Positions 9,297 through 19,519 are shown, numbered from the stretch's first letter. The stretch: 64,000 nt of DNA from an uncultured Gammaproteobacteria bacterium (GCA_964510885.1 CAZEDL010000002.1:707-64706); one strand, 5' to 3'. Made by a program: numbers and translations. Notes: generated by a model from the sequence alone, not told the origin.

Positions 9297-10847
9297 ATGT
9301 CAAAACTTATTCCCATTATCGGCCTTGAAATTCATGTTGAGCTGAACACGAGCAGCAAGATGTTTTGTGCGTGCCGCAACAATCCGTTTGCCGAAGCGCC
9401 GAATACAAATATTTGCCCCGTATGCCTGGCCCACCCAGGCACGTTGCCAGCGCCGAATCGCGAAGCGATTATTTCCACGGTAAAAATTGCCCGAGCCTTG
9501 GGGTGCTCGATAGCAACCGACAGTAAATTTGACCGCAAGCATTATTTTTATCCTGATTTGCCAAAAGGCTACCAGATTTCGCAGTATGATCAACCGGTCG
9601 GGCAGAACGGAACTATCACACTTACCGGATTAGCTAAAAATCACCGGCCCGAAGCCACAATTGGTGTCACGCGCGTACACCTCGAAGAAGATACGGCCAA
9701 GTTGACGCACGGAGCTGATAACACGACTCTGGTTGATTTTAACCGGGCCGGGGTGCCGCTCGTTGAAATTGTCTCAGAGCCGGATGTAGAAAGCGCGGCC
9801 GAAGCCAAATTATATTGCCAGGAATTACAACTGATTTTTAAAACGCTCAAAGTGAGTGGTGCAGAAATGGAAAAAGGACAGATGCGGTGCGAGGCGAATA
9901 TTTCCTTGCAGGCAGAAGGAACGTGGAACAGAGAGCAAGGAGCAATTGTACCCCTAAATGGCGCGAAATTAAATGCGAAAGTGGAGGTCAAAAATTTGAA
10001 TTCGTTTAAGGCCATTGAAAAAGCGATTGAGTACGAAATCAAACGCCAGAGCGAACTGATTGAGAAGGGCGAGAGCTGGATCCCGGAAACGCGGGGCTGG
10101 GATGAGAATAAAGGTGTTACTGTACATCAGCGCAGCAAAGAATCAGCGGCGGATTATCGATATTTCCCGGAGCCAGATATTCCACCATTCAACCCCAGTA
10201 AACTGGCGTCACAGGCTTCATTGCCCGAACTTCCACAGACCAAACGAGCTCGCTTTCATGAAGAATTCGGCTTTTCTCACGCCGATAGCCAGATTTTGAC
10301 AGCTACTATTAGCTGGGCGGATTTTGCCGAAGCTACGATGAGTGAACTGCAAGAATGGGTACACAGCTTACCAGAGAGTAAAGATCTCACGCCCGCTCTT
10401 CTCACCTCGAAAAAACAACAACTGGCAAAATTAGCTGGCGGCTGGATGACAAGCAAGTTAATGGGGCTTATGGCCGAACGAGGAATCGATATCACGAATC
10501 TACGCATCAAGCCGGAAAATTTCTCTGAGTTAACGGCTTTAATCTTCACTAACCGAGTCAATTCTACCAACGCCCTCAAGATCCTGATTGAGATGCTCGA
10601 TTCGGGAGTTGATCTTGATCCCACTCATATTATGGAAGATAAGGGCTATGGCCAAGTGGCAGACGAAGGCAAAATTGGCGCCGTGGTTGACGAGGTGATA
10701 AAAAACTACCCCAAGCAGGTGGCTGAATTTAAAGCTGGCAAGGAACCGATCATTAAATTCTTGCTCGGCATGGCGATGAAAGCGACAGAAGGCAGTGCTG
10801 ATCCAGTGATGACAGAGAAATTATTACGCGAGCAATTATTAAAATAA
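9297..10847 (+). CDS. gatB: Asp/Glu-tRNA amidotransferase subunit B
   Basis: MSKLIPIIGLEIHVELNT...CPVCLAHPGTLP; the ORF-track start at 9273 is an upstream extension. Confidence 0.9.
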   Translation: MSKLIPIIGLEIHVELNTSSKMFCACRNNPFAEAPNTNICPVCLAHPGTLPAPNREAIISTVKIARALGCSIATDSKFDRKHYFYPDLPKGYQISQYDQPVGQNGTITLTGLAKNHRPEATIGVTRVHLEEDTAKLTHGADNTTLVDFNRAGVPLVEIVSEPDVESAAEAKLYCQELQLIFKTLKVSGAEMEKGQMRCEANISLQAEGTWNREQGAIVPLNGAKLNAKVEVKNLNSFKAIEKAIEYEIKRQSELIEKGESWIPETRGWDENKGVTVHQRSKESAADYRYFPEPDIPPFNPSKLASQASLPELPQTKRARFHEEFGFSHADSQILTATISWADFAEATMSELQEWVHSLPESKDLTPALLTSKKQQLAKLAGGWMTSKLMGLMAERGIDITNLRIKPENFSELTALIFTNRVNSTNALKILIEMLDSGVDLDPTHIMEDKGYGQVADEGKIGAVVDEVIKNYPKQVAEFKAGKEPIIKFLLGMAMKATEGSADPVMTEKLLREQLLK

Positions 10848-10903
10848 ACGGCCTTTTGCCAATTAATATAAGCAAGTAACGGTATAAGAATGTCTTAAAT
10901 TTT

Positions 10904-10931
10904 AATGTCAATTATTATTGACATTTTTTTT
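10904..10931 (+). terminator. Rho-independent terminator after gatB, overlapping the next promoter -35
   Basis: AATGTCAAT-TATTA-TTGACATT followed by T8. Confidence 0.65.
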
Positions 10932-10946
10932 AATTTGTGCTAAACA
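10918..10946 (+). promoter_or_regulatory. Putative promoter TTGACA-17-TGCTAAACA
   Basis: The -35 lies in the terminator's right arm; extended -10 TTTGTGCTAAACA resembles the conserved TTTTGTGCTATACT module. Confidence 0.35.
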
Positions 10947-11127
10947 TAGGCGATATACATTTAAAAATTGACGGTATAAAAAGTGCTTACAAAGTACTTT
11001 TTTTGCCGCCAAAACAGCTAGTTGCACTGTTCGCTCGTGTCCCTACTACCTACATGGGCGGCAAATTTTGGCATATTACGCCAGAGGGTAGTAAAGCAAA
11101 ACAGTGTAACACAGAAGAGGAGTACCC

Positions 11128-12084
11128 ATGCGGTGTTTGGTTTTGATAACAGTCCTAGCTGTCGGGTGCCAGGCACCTGACAGCTGGATCCCTCCTGAAA
11201 CCTGTTACGATGGCGTCGAAGATACCGGCGAGACCGGTGTCGACTGCGGGGGCACATGCCCCCAAGGGTGTGGTCCGCGCCAGTGCTTCGCCGATGACTC
11301 GTGTTGCAGCAGTGACGACGACTGCGCCACCGGCCTTAAGTGCCGGAGCGGGTTCTGCGGCGTCAGGGCCTGTGCGGATCAGACCGACTGCGCCGACGGG
11401 TTCACCTGCAGTGCAAACTCGCCCGATGCAGCCAAGTTCTGTAGCTATAGTGACGGATGCTCCGATGGCACACACACCATCGGGCTCGGAGAGACCGATG
11501 TGGACTGCGGTGGGGCGATTTGCCCCCTCTGCAAAGAGGGGAAGCACTGCTACCAGAACATCGACTGCGACTGGTCGGTCGGCCTCGTGTGCGGCGCAGG
11601 CAACATCTGCCAACGGCTCGCATGTTCCGACAACGGCGCGTCATGTGACAACGCCCTGCACCCTCCGGCACGGCCCTGGTTCACCTGCCAAGCCGGGACG
11701 TGCACCGCTCCGTCATGCCGCGATGGGGTGAAGAACGGCATTGAGACGGACGTGGACTGCGGCGGAGAGAGTGGCACCGGCCCTGGGTGCAATTCCACCT
11801 GCAGACCGGGCCAGAAGTGCGGCAGGTACTGGGACTGCCTGGACCGCGGCGCCTGCAACGCAGGCATCTGCCAAGCTCCCACCTGCACCGACGGGGTGAA
11901 GAACGGGGCCGGGGTGAAGACTGAGTGGGGTATCGACTGCGGCGATCAATCCGGGACGTGTCCCGGATGCCACAGTAACACCCCTTGCCAACAGAACTAC
12001 CACTGCGCCAGCGGCGTCTGCCACCAGTGTGCGTTGGGGGACCACAGTCCACCCTGCACCGCCACTGGGAGTTACTGTCAGTAA
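11128..12084 (+). CDS. GC-rich cysteine-rich secreted lipoprotein (about 60 Cys, repeated DCGG/CxxGxC modules)
   Basis: About 65% GC; AGAGGAG Shine-Dalgarno; signal peptide with lipobox LAVGC; repeated 'TDVDCGG..C' units. The many overlapping antisense ORFs in the track are GC artefacts. Confidence 0.6.
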   Translation: MRCLVLITVLAVGCQAPDSWIPPETCYDGVEDTGETGVDCGGTCPQGCGPRQCFADDSCCSSDDDCATGLKCRSGFCGVRACADQTDCADGFTCSANSPDAAKFCSYSDGCSDGTHTIGLGETDVDCGGAICPLCKEGKHCYQNIDCDWSVGLVCGAGNICQRLACSDNGASCDNALHPPARPWFTCQAGTCTAPSCRDGVKNGIETDVDCGGESGTGPGCNSTCRPGQKCGRYWDCLDRGACNAGICQAPTCTDGVKNGAGVKTEWGIDCGDQSGTCPGCHSNTPCQQNYHCASGVCHQCALGDHSPPCTATGSYCQ

Positions 12085-12204
12085 TCCCAAGAGCGGCCCA
12101 GGCACATAGTGCTTGGGACGGCTCTGTCACCTGGGCCGCTCGATTAGATCCATGAATTTCGTGGATGTAATCGAGCTCAGGTGAAAAAATGTATTACGTG
12201 TCAT

Positions 12205-12245
12205 TAAAAAAATCTCATACATAATTGAGATTTTTTTATTTTTCT
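12205..12245 (+). terminator. Rho-independent terminator after the Cys-rich gene (A-run, stem, T-run; potentially bidirectional)
   Basis: AAAAAAATCTCA-TACATAAT-TGAGATTTTTTTATTTTT. Confidence 0.6.
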
Positions 12246-12262
12246 ATCCACACCATTATCCC

Positions 12263-12291
12263 TTGCCCCGGCCACACCCGCTTGGTATACT
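12263..12291 (+). promoter_or_regulatory. Promoter TTGCCC-17-TGGTATACT
   Basis: Extended -10 TGGTATACT with 17-bp spacing; it drives the short leader or mini-transcript that ends at the terminator at 12356-12383. Confidence 0.5.
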
Positions 12292-12297
12292 GGCAAA

Positions 12298-12385
12298 GAT
12301 CATTATGCAGAACCACTCCCTCATCACCACTGTTCACGACACACTTTCATAGACGGCCACCCGCAGCGGGTGGCTATTTTTTTGC
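12298..12385 (+). ncRNA. Candidate leader or sRNA with a 15-codon mini-ORF (MQNHSLITTVHDTLS) plus an intrinsic terminator, upstream of carA
   Basis: Promoter at 12263-12291, mini-ORF at 12305-12352, hairpin GCCACCCGC-AGC-GCGGGTGGC followed by T7 at 12356-12383. Confidence 0.35.
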
Positions 12386-12411
12386 CTATATAGTGCTAAA
12401 TATCCTGCCAT

Positions 12412-13473
12412 ATGCCTACGCCAGTCTTTCTAGAGTCTTGGCTACATCTTAAAAATGGAGCCATCTTTCCCGGTCACTCACCAGCCTGGCAAAAAGGTGC
12501 CCGTTGGTCAGGTGAAGTAGTGTTTAATACCGGCATGACCGGTTATGTAGAATCACTGACCGACCCGTCGTATACCGGCCAAATTCTAGTCTTTACCTTT
12601 CCGCTGATTGGTAATTATGGAGTAACTCCGGAAACAGGTTGGGAATCCCAAAAAATTTACGCTTCAGGAGTGGTGGTAAGTGAAGCTTGTGATGCGTGGA
12701 GTCACCCGATGAGTACCCGGTCGCTAGCAGATTGGCTCAAAGAACAAGGCGTGCCTCTCATTGTCGGAGTGGATACCCGGGCTCTGACGCAGGAATTGCG
12801 TGGAGCAGGCACCATGCGCGGCACGATCAGCGGCAGCGCTACACTGTCAGTCAAAGAAACAGACAAGACCATTTCTAATCCGATTCCAGCCTGTTGTATC
12901 GACAAGCCAACTTCCTATGGAAAGGGCAAAAAAAAGATCATTGCCGTGGATTGCGGAATGAAAGAAAATATTATCCGCTGCCTGACCGAATATAACGTGA
13001 CGGTAAAACGCGTGCCGCATGATTATGATTATTCGGACGAGGCGTTTGATGGTGTGTTCTTGTCCAATGGGCCAGGTGATCCGGAGCAGTACGTACAAAC
13101 CATTGCCATTTTGAAAAAGGCTTTTGCTCGGAAGAAGCCAATTTTTGGTATCTGCCTTGGCTCACAAATTATGGCCCTCGCGGCCGGAGCGAAGACCTAT
13201 AAATTACCCTTCGGGCACCGGGGGCATAATCAGCCATGCTTTGATACAGCTGCTAAGAAAGCGGTGATTACGAGTCAAAACCATGGGTATGCCGTGATTG
13301 AAAAAACCTTGCCTAAAGACTGGGAGGTGACGTATCGGAATTTGAACGATCAATCGGTGGAAGGAATCGCCCATAAAAAATTACCGTTCTTTTCGGTGCA
13401 GTTTCATCCGGAAGCAGCGCCGGGGCCGACGGATACGCGGGATTTGTTTGAGAAATTTTTTAAACTATTGTGA
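12412..13473 (+). CDS. carA: Carbamoyl-phosphate synthase small (glutaminase) subunit
   Basis: GEVVFNTGMTGY...; GATase active-site region GICLGSQ; 353 aa. Confidence 0.9.
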   Translation: MPTPVFLESWLHLKNGAIFPGHSPAWQKGARWSGEVVFNTGMTGYVESLTDPSYTGQILVFTFPLIGNYGVTPETGWESQKIYASGVVVSEACDAWSHPMSTRSLADWLKEQGVPLIVGVDTRALTQELRGAGTMRGTISGSATLSVKETDKTISNPIPACCIDKPTSYGKGKKKIIAVDCGMKENIIRCLTEYNVTVKRVPHDYDYSDEAFDGVFLSNGPGDPEQYVQTIAILKKAFARKKPIFGICLGSQIMALAAGAKTYKLPFGHRGHNQPCFDTAAKKAVITSQNHGYAVIEKTLPKDWEVTYRNLNDQSVEGIAHKKLPFFSVQFHPEAAPGPTDTRDLFEKFFKLL

Positions 13474-13482
13474 TGGGCCGAT

Positions 13483-13664
13483 GTCATTCCCGAGCAGGCG
13501 GGAATCCAGTGGCCAATCACTCTATAACCACTTTGTCATTCTGAGCGGAGCGAAGAATCTCTGTCCGGTGGTGAGGCTAGAAATTAAAACAGAGATCCTT
13601 CACTGCGTTCAGGATGACAGTTGAGACGTGGATTCCCGCCTGCGGGAATGACAGATAGTAAACA
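13483..13664. repeat. Mosaic palindromic element, copy R3 (outer GTCATTCCCG...GGGAATGACAG arms enclosing GTCATTCTGAGCGGAGCGAAGAATCTCTGTC ... GACAGAGATCCTTCACTGCGTTCAGGATGACAG)
   Basis: Two nested inverted repeats; sits between carA and carB. Confidence 0.8.
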
Positions 13665-13696
13665 ATAACGCTACTCTGTAATTAAATTATTACGAT

Positions 13697-16600
13697 GTGA
13701 AAAAGACTAAAATCAAAAAAGTCCTCCTCCTCGGCTCCGGCGGCCTCCGTATTGGCCAGGCTGGGGAATTTGATTATGCTGGCTCACAAGCCCTGAAAGC
13801 ACTGAAGCAAGAAGGGATTAAAACCGTGCTGGTGAATCCGAATATTGCCACGGTGCAAACTGATCCGGGGATGGCTGACCAGGTATATCTACAGCCATTG
13901 AATGTCCGGACAGTGACGGAAATTATTAAGAAAGAGCGACCGGACGGAATCTTGCTTAGCTTCGGTGGGCAAACGGCGCTTAATTTGGGATTAGCGCTTG
14001 AAAGCCAGGGGGTTTTAAAAAAATATGGTGTTCGCGTGCTTGGTACGCCGGTCGCGACTATTCGGGTGACTGAGGATCGTGATTTGTTTAAAAAAGCCTT
14101 GCACGAAATTGGGGTGATGACGCCGAAAAGTGTGGCGGTGACCACTGTGCCGGCAGCACTCAAAGCAGCCGAAAAGATTGGGTATCCGATTATGCTGCGT
14201 TCTGGATTTTCTCTCGGCGGGCTTGGCTCCGGTCGGATTGCTGATAAAAAAGAGTTAGAGATCCGAGCAACCGAAGCGCTGCATAATGCGCCGCAAATTC
14301 TGATCGAAGAATATCTCACCGGTTGGAAAGAAATTGAATATGAAGTGATACGCGATGCGAACGACACCACACTTACGATCTGTAATATGGAAAATCTCGA
14401 TCCGATGGGTATCCATACGGGCGAAAGTATTGTGGTGGCGCCGTCGCAGACCCTGACCAATACTGAATTTCACCTCTTGCGCGAAGTGACGATTAAAGTG
14501 GCCCGCAAAATGGGCATCGTGGGCGAAGGCAATGTGCAATTCGCCCTTAATTCCCAGACGGGCGAATACCGGGTGATTGAAATGAATGCGCGGTTATCGC
14601 GCTCGAGCGCTCTGGCTTCCAAAGCTACCGGGTATCCGCTGGCGTTTGTAGCTGCCAAAATTGCGCTTGGGAAAAAACTGACAGAAATTCCGAATGCCGT
14701 GACCAAGAAGACAACCGCCGCCTTTGAACCCGCACTTGATTATGTGGTGGTAAAAATTCCCCGCTGGGATCTGACTAAATTCAAGATCGACAGCCGCGAA
14801 ATTGGTACGGAAATGAAGAGTGTCGGTGAAGTCATGGCAATTGGGCGCAGCTTCCCGGAAGCGCTGCAAAAAGGGGTGCGCATGCTCAATATTGGGGCCA
14901 GCGGATTGTCGGATTATCCCGTAGCTATCGACACGTATCGCCAGGAAATCGAACGCGCCACGGATCGGCGATTATTTGCGATCTACCAAGGGCTTAAAAA
15001 GGGTCTGAGCCTGGCTGAAATTTGCACCTTATCACATATAGACCCCTGGTTTTTGAACCATATCAAAAGTATTGCCGAGATGGAAAAACAGCTGCTGAAA
15101 GAAAAATTAACACCAGAATTACTCCGAGCAGCGAAGCGTCTCGGCTGGTCGGACAAAGGTATTAGTAAGCTGAAAAAAACCACGGAGCAGGCGATCCGGC
15201 AGCTGCGGCTAAAGCACAAGATTACTCCGGTGATAAAACAAATCGATACCCTGGCTGGTGAATTTCCGGCGGCGACTAATTATTTGTATACCACGTATCA
15301 TGGGGAAAGAAATGACATTGCACCAAGCGCTAAACACCCCTTGATTATTCTTGGCTCTGGCCCCTACTGCATCGGGTCGTCGGTGGAATTCGATTGGTGC
15401 GCAGTGAATACTGCTCGCACCTTGCGCTCGCTCAAAGAAACTACAATCATTATTAATTCTAATCCGGAAACGGTGTCGACTGATTATGATGAATCTGATC
15501 GTTTGTATTTTGAAGAACTGACGCTGGAGAGGGTGCAAGATATTGCGGATTTTGAAAAATCTAAAGGGCTGATTGTATCAGTCGGCGGTCAGATCGCTAA
15601 TAATCTGGCAGCCCCGCTCGCAGCGGCTGGCTACCACCTGCTTGGCACTTCAGCAGCCTCAATTGACCAGGCAGAGGATCGTAAAAAATTCTCTACCCTA
15701 CTCAACACACTTGGAATCGATCAACCGGCGTGGACGGAAGCGACTACTCTTGCCAACGCAAAAGAGTTTGCTGAAGAGGTAGGATACCCAATCTTGGTAC
15801 GCCCTTCGTATGTATTGTCGGGAGCGGCGATGAATGTAATCCACTCAGGGGCAGAGCTGCAGCGATACCTCGATGAAGCTACTGAGCTATCGAGCGATCA
15901 TCCGGTGGTGATTTCACAATTTATCAAAAATGCCAAAGAGCTTGAAGTCGACGGTGTAGCTTATAACGGTGAGGTAGTGATCGATGCCATTTCCGAACAT
16001 ATTGAAAATGCGGGCGTGCATTCAGGGGATGCTACGATCGTGTTGCCGCCGCAGCGTTTGTATCTCGGCACGATTCGACAAGCCAAACACATCACCCGCC
16101 AAATTGTAGCCGCTCTCAAGATCACTGGGCCATTTAATATTCAGTTTTTGGGGCGAGATAACGAGCTTAAAGTGATCGAGTGCAATTTGCGCGCCTCGCG
16201 GTCATTCCCGTTTGTGTCGAAAGTTACCACTCATAATTTTATTGCTCTCGCTACCCGCGCGCTCCTGAACAAATTACCGATGATTCGGCCGTTTGAAACT
16301 CTAGAGCTTAACTATGTAGGTGTGAAAACGCCGCAGTTTTCATACCAGCGCGTGAAAGGCGCTGATCCCGTGACCCGGGTGGAAATGGCCTCGACCGGCG
16401 AAGTCGGCTGCCTGGGGCGCACCTACCGCGAAGCGTTTGTCACCTCATGGCTTGGCACTGAACAAGACATTCGCGGCAAACGCGCCCTGATCTCGATCGG
16501 CGAGGACAAAAAAATGAAATTGCTTGAACATGTTAAAGCGCTGGCTGAGGCTGGTTGGACATTGTTTGCCACCGATGGCACCCATGACCTCTTGGCGCAA

Positions 16601-16894
16601 AATGGCATTATGAGTACCTGGGTAGCCAAAACGCACGAAGCGGCCGAACCGAATGTGCGCACCCTCCTGACGAATCAAGGCGTAGATTTAATTATCAATA
16701 TCCCGCAAAATGGCGGCTCAAACCAAGCCACCAGCGGCTTCGCTTTGCGACGCCTCGCCACCGACCACCGAATCCCCCTGATTACCAATGTACAATTGGC
16801 GCAATTATTCCTCCGCTGCATATCCGAACTAGATTTTACTCATCTGCCGGTGGTATCGTGGCAAGACTATACTAATCGAACCTTATTTTCTTAA
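13697..16894 (+). CDS. carB: Carbamoyl-phosphate synthase large subunit
   Basis: 1065 aa; duplicated ATP-grasp halves and MGS-like C-terminus; apparent GTG start. Confidence 0.95.
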   Translation: MKKTKIKKVLLLGSGGLRIGQAGEFDYAGSQALKALKQEGIKTVLVNPNIATVQTDPGMADQVYLQPLNVRTVTEIIKKERPDGILLSFGGQTALNLGLALESQGVLKKYGVRVLGTPVATIRVTEDRDLFKKALHEIGVMTPKSVAVTTVPAALKAAEKIGYPIMLRSGFSLGGLGSGRIADKKELEIRATEALHNAPQILIEEYLTGWKEIEYEVIRDANDTTLTICNMENLDPMGIHTGESIVVAPSQTLTNTEFHLLREVTIKVARKMGIVGEGNVQFALNSQTGEYRVIEMNARLSRSSALASKATGYPLAFVAAKIALGKKLTEIPNAVTKKTTAAFEPALDYVVVKIPRWDLTKFKIDSREIGTEMKSVGEVMAIGRSFPEALQKGVRMLNIGASGLSDYPVAIDTYRQEIERATDRRLFAIYQGLKKGLSLAEICTLSHIDPWFLNHIKSIAEMEKQLLKEKLTPELLRAAKRLGWSDKGISKLKKTTEQAIRQLRLKHKITPVIKQIDTLAGEFPAATNYLYTTYHGERNDIAPSAKHPLIILGSGPYCIGSSVEFDWCAVNTARTLRSLKETTIIINSNPETVSTDYDESDRLYFEELTLERVQDIADFEKSKGLIVSVGGQIANNLAAPLAAAGYHLLGTSAASIDQAEDRKKFSTLLNTLGIDQPAWTEATTLANAKEFAEEVGYPILVRPSYVLSGAAMNVIHSGAELQRYLDEATELSSDHPVVISQFIKNAKELEVDGVAYNGEVVIDAISEHIENAGVHSGDATIVLPPQRLYLGTIRQAKHITRQIVAALKITGPFNIQFLGRDNELKVIECNLRASRSFPFVSKVTTHNFIALATRALLNKLPMIRPFETLELNYVGVKTPQFSYQRVKGADPVTRVEMASTGEVGCLGRTYREAFVTSWLGTEQDIRGKRALISIGEDKKMKLLEHVKALAEAGWTLFATDGTHDLLAQNGIMSTWVAKTHEAAEPNVRTLLTNQGVDLIINIPQNGGSNQATSGFALRRLATDHRIPLITNVQLAQLFLRCISELDFTHLPVVSWQDYTNRTLFS

Positions 16895-16904
16895 TGTTTC
16901 AGCT

Positions 16905-17834
16905 ATGCCGAAATCTGCATCGTTTAAAGGCAAAGATATTATCTCGATTCGTGATTTTTCGCGAGCGGATATTGAACATGTTTTGTCAGTCGCCAAAAAA
17001 CTAAAACAAAAACCAGCCCCACAGCTCCTGTCCGACACTGTGCTCGGCGCCTGCTTTTTTGAACCCTCTACCCGCACGAGATTGTCGTTTGAATCGGCGA
17101 TGCAGCGACTTGGTGGCAGAGTGATCGGATTTGCCGATCCGAGCGTGACATCGAGTAAAAAGGGCGAAACCTTTCATGATACGATCAAAGTGGTCAACCA
17201 ATTCACCGATGTGATTGTGGTACGCCATTACCTTGAAGGGGCGGCCCGCTATGCGGCCGAAGTATCAAGTGTGCCGGTGATCAATGCCGGCGACGGATCA
17301 AATGAACACCCAAGCCAGGCTCTGCTCGATCTATTTACTATGCAGGAAGCCCAGGGAAAGATTGACGGCTTGCACATTGCGCTCGCCGGCGACCTCAAAT
17401 ATGGCCGCGGCATCCACTCGTTGGTGTTGGCATTACAACACTTTAAAGTTCACTTGTATTTTATTGCCCCGCCCACAGTCAAAATTTCTCCAGCTATTCG
17501 CACCGAACTTAAACGCGCTGGGGTACTATTTTCAGAGCATGCCAGCATCGATGAAGTGATCAAAAAAATCGATATTCTCTACCTGACCCGCATGCAGGAA
17601 GAGCGGTTCCCGGACCGGGCTGAATATGAAAAGGTGAAACACGCTTTTTTTGTGACACCGGAATTGATCGCCAAAGGCAAGCGAAACTTGCGCATTCTGC
17701 ATATTATGCCGCGGGTATGCGAAATGGATACTGCCATTGATAATTCACCTCAGGCCTACTATTTCGAACAGGTACATAACGGCTTATTTGTGCGTGAAGC
17801 ATTATTCGCATTGGTACTTGGAAAAATTTCTTAA
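16905..17834 (+). CDS. pyrB: Aspartate carbamoyltransferase catalytic subunit
   Basis: STRTR motif (FFEPSTRTRLSFE) and HPSQALLD. Confidence 0.9.
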   Translation: MPKSASFKGKDIISIRDFSRADIEHVLSVAKKLKQKPAPQLLSDTVLGACFFEPSTRTRLSFESAMQRLGGRVIGFADPSVTSSKKGETFHDTIKVVNQFTDVIVVRHYLEGAARYAAEVSSVPVINAGDGSNEHPSQALLDLFTMQEAQGKIDGLHIALAGDLKYGRGIHSLVLALQHFKVHLYFIAPPTVKISPAIRTELKRAGVLFSEHASIDEVIKKIDILYLTRMQEERFPDRAEYEKVKHAFFVTPELIAKGKRNLRILHIMPRVCEMDTAIDNSPQAYYFEQVHNGLFVREALFALVLGKIS

Positions 17835-17846
17835 TCGCCAAGATCT

Positions 17847-18317
17847 ATGATTACGTCGAATGAACAACTGCAAGTCGCCGCCATTAAAAATGGCACAGTT
17901 ATTGACCATATTTCAGGAGGCAGTGCCCTTAAAATTATCCGCCTCTTAAATTTACCCAAAGATAAAACGCAGGTCACCGTGGGTCTTAACTTGCCAAGCA
18001 AGCAAATGGGGGTGAAAGATTTAATAAAAGTAGAAAATCGTACTTTAACCCCTGACGAAGCCAATCGGGTGGCGTTATTCGCCCCGTCGGCCAGCATTAA
18101 TATCATTGAAAAATACCGAATTGTTAAAAAATTTACGGTTGCTATGCCGAAACAGATCCATGGTATCGTTGTCTGCCCCGGAGCCAAGTGCATCACCAAT
18201 CATGAACCCATGGAGAGCCGATTTAAAGTAGAAACGATGAACGGCGCCGTATCGCTGCGCTGTGATTATTGTGATACGGTATTTTTGCGCGATGATGTTA
18301 AAGAATATCGGGTATAA
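17847..18317 (+). CDS. pyrI: Aspartate carbamoyltransferase regulatory subunit
   Basis: 156 aa; C-terminal zinc domain CPGAKCITN...CDYCD. Confidence 0.85.
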   Translation: MITSNEQLQVAAIKNGTVIDHISGGSALKIIRLLNLPKDKTQVTVGLNLPSKQMGVKDLIKVENRTLTPDEANRVALFAPSASINIIEKYRIVKKFTVAMPKQIHGIVVCPGAKCITNHEPMESRFKVETMNGAVSLRCDYCDTVFLRDDVKEYRV

Positions 18318-18320
18318 ACT

Positions 18321-19511
18321 ATGGAGATAAAAACATATACTGGCCAAATCATCAATGTACCGCTAGATAGTAAACAAACTGATACCCTTGTGGCACTCCC
18401 CGGCCTGATTGATCTGCATGTCCATTTTCGCACTCCTGGCCAGGAATATAAAGAAGACTGGCAGTCGGGAGCGCGTGCTGCCATCGCCGGCGGCGTGACC
18501 ACGGTGGCGGATATGCCAAATAATAGTCCGGCTATTACCACGGCTGAACTAGTGCGCCAGAAAGTAGCGACCGTGACAGAACACCTAGCTGACGCCGACC
18601 TTCCCCTCCGGCACTACTTCTATATTGGCGCCACACCAAACAATGACACCGAAATAAGGCAGGCAGCGGCCGAAAAAAGTGTGATTGGGATTAAAGTATT
18701 CATGGGGTCAAGCACGGGGACACTCCTAGTGAACAATCGCGATGATCAGCGCCGACTGTTCGCGTTATCAGCTGAACTAGGCGTACCGCTGCTGCTCCAT
18801 GCCGAAGATGAAGCGTTAATAAATGAAAATAAAGTACGGTATCCTAATCCGACACTTCTCGAACACTCATTGATTCGCTCTCCGGCCGTGGCGGCCCGGG
18901 CCCTCGAATCGGCGCTCGAGATGGCCGCAGAATATAAAAATACGATCTATGTACTGCACACCAGCACTGCCGAAGAAATGAATTTGTTGCGCGATGCTAA
19001 AAAATCTGGCATTAAAGTATATGCCGAAACTACGCCCCACCACTTATTTTTGACAACCGAGGATTACGGACGGCTTGGCACCAAAGCCCAAATGAATCCT
19101 CCGCTACGGTCTAAAAAAGATCAGACGGCACTCTGGGAAGCGGTGCAAGACGGAACAATCGATACCGTTGCCACCGATCATGCCCCTCACACGATCGCAG
19201 AAAAAAATAAACCATATCCAGACTCTCCGTCTGGCGTGCCGGGAATAGAAACGATGCTGCCACTGCTTTTGAATGCCTACCGCGAGGGACGGCTTACCCT
19301 GAGTCGACTGGTAGCGCTTACCCATACCAATCCACGCACTATATTTAATCTACCGGAAAGAAATGATTGGGTGATCGTCGATACCGCACTTATTAAAATG
19401 GTCGCTGATACTACTTTAAAAACTAAATGTGGCTGGTCGCCGTTTAGCGGGCAAATACTCACTGGTTGGCCGGTGGCGACCGTTATAGACGGGCAGGTCT
19501 TTACTTACTAA
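18321..19511 (+). CDS. pyrC: Dihydroorotase
   Basis: DLHVHFRTPG metal-binding motif; amidohydrolase fold; 396 aa. Confidence 0.85.
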   Translation: MEIKTYTGQIINVPLDSKQTDTLVALPGLIDLHVHFRTPGQEYKEDWQSGARAAIAGGVTTVADMPNNSPAITTAELVRQKVATVTEHLADADLPLRHYFYIGATPNNDTEIRQAAAEKSVIGIKVFMGSSTGTLLVNNRDDQRRLFALSAELGVPLLLHAEDEALINENKVRYPNPTLLEHSLIRSPAVAARALESALEMAAEYKNTIYVLHTSTAEEMNLLRDAKKSGIKVYAETTPHHLFLTTEDYGRLGTKAQMNPPLRSKKDQTALWEAVQDGTIDTVATDHAPHTIAEKNKPYPDSPSGVPGIETMLPLLLNAYREGRLTLSRLVALTHTNPRTIFNLPERNDWVIVDTALIKMVADTTLKTKCGWSPFSGQILTGWPVATVIDGQVFTY

Positions 19512-19519
19512 TTGCGCCT

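Noticed and set aside
11155-12130. Multiple long overlapping ORFs on both strands inside the Cys-rich gene (for example 11155-11613-, 11210-11731+, 11681-12130-)
   Set aside because: The region is about 65% GC, so stop codons are rare in all frames. Only the + frame has a promoter, SD, signal peptide and coherent repeat architecture.
12225-12452. ORF 12225-12452 (75 aa) spanning the carA upstream region
   Set aside because: It runs through a terminator, a promoter and a second terminator, so it is non-coding regulatory DNA.
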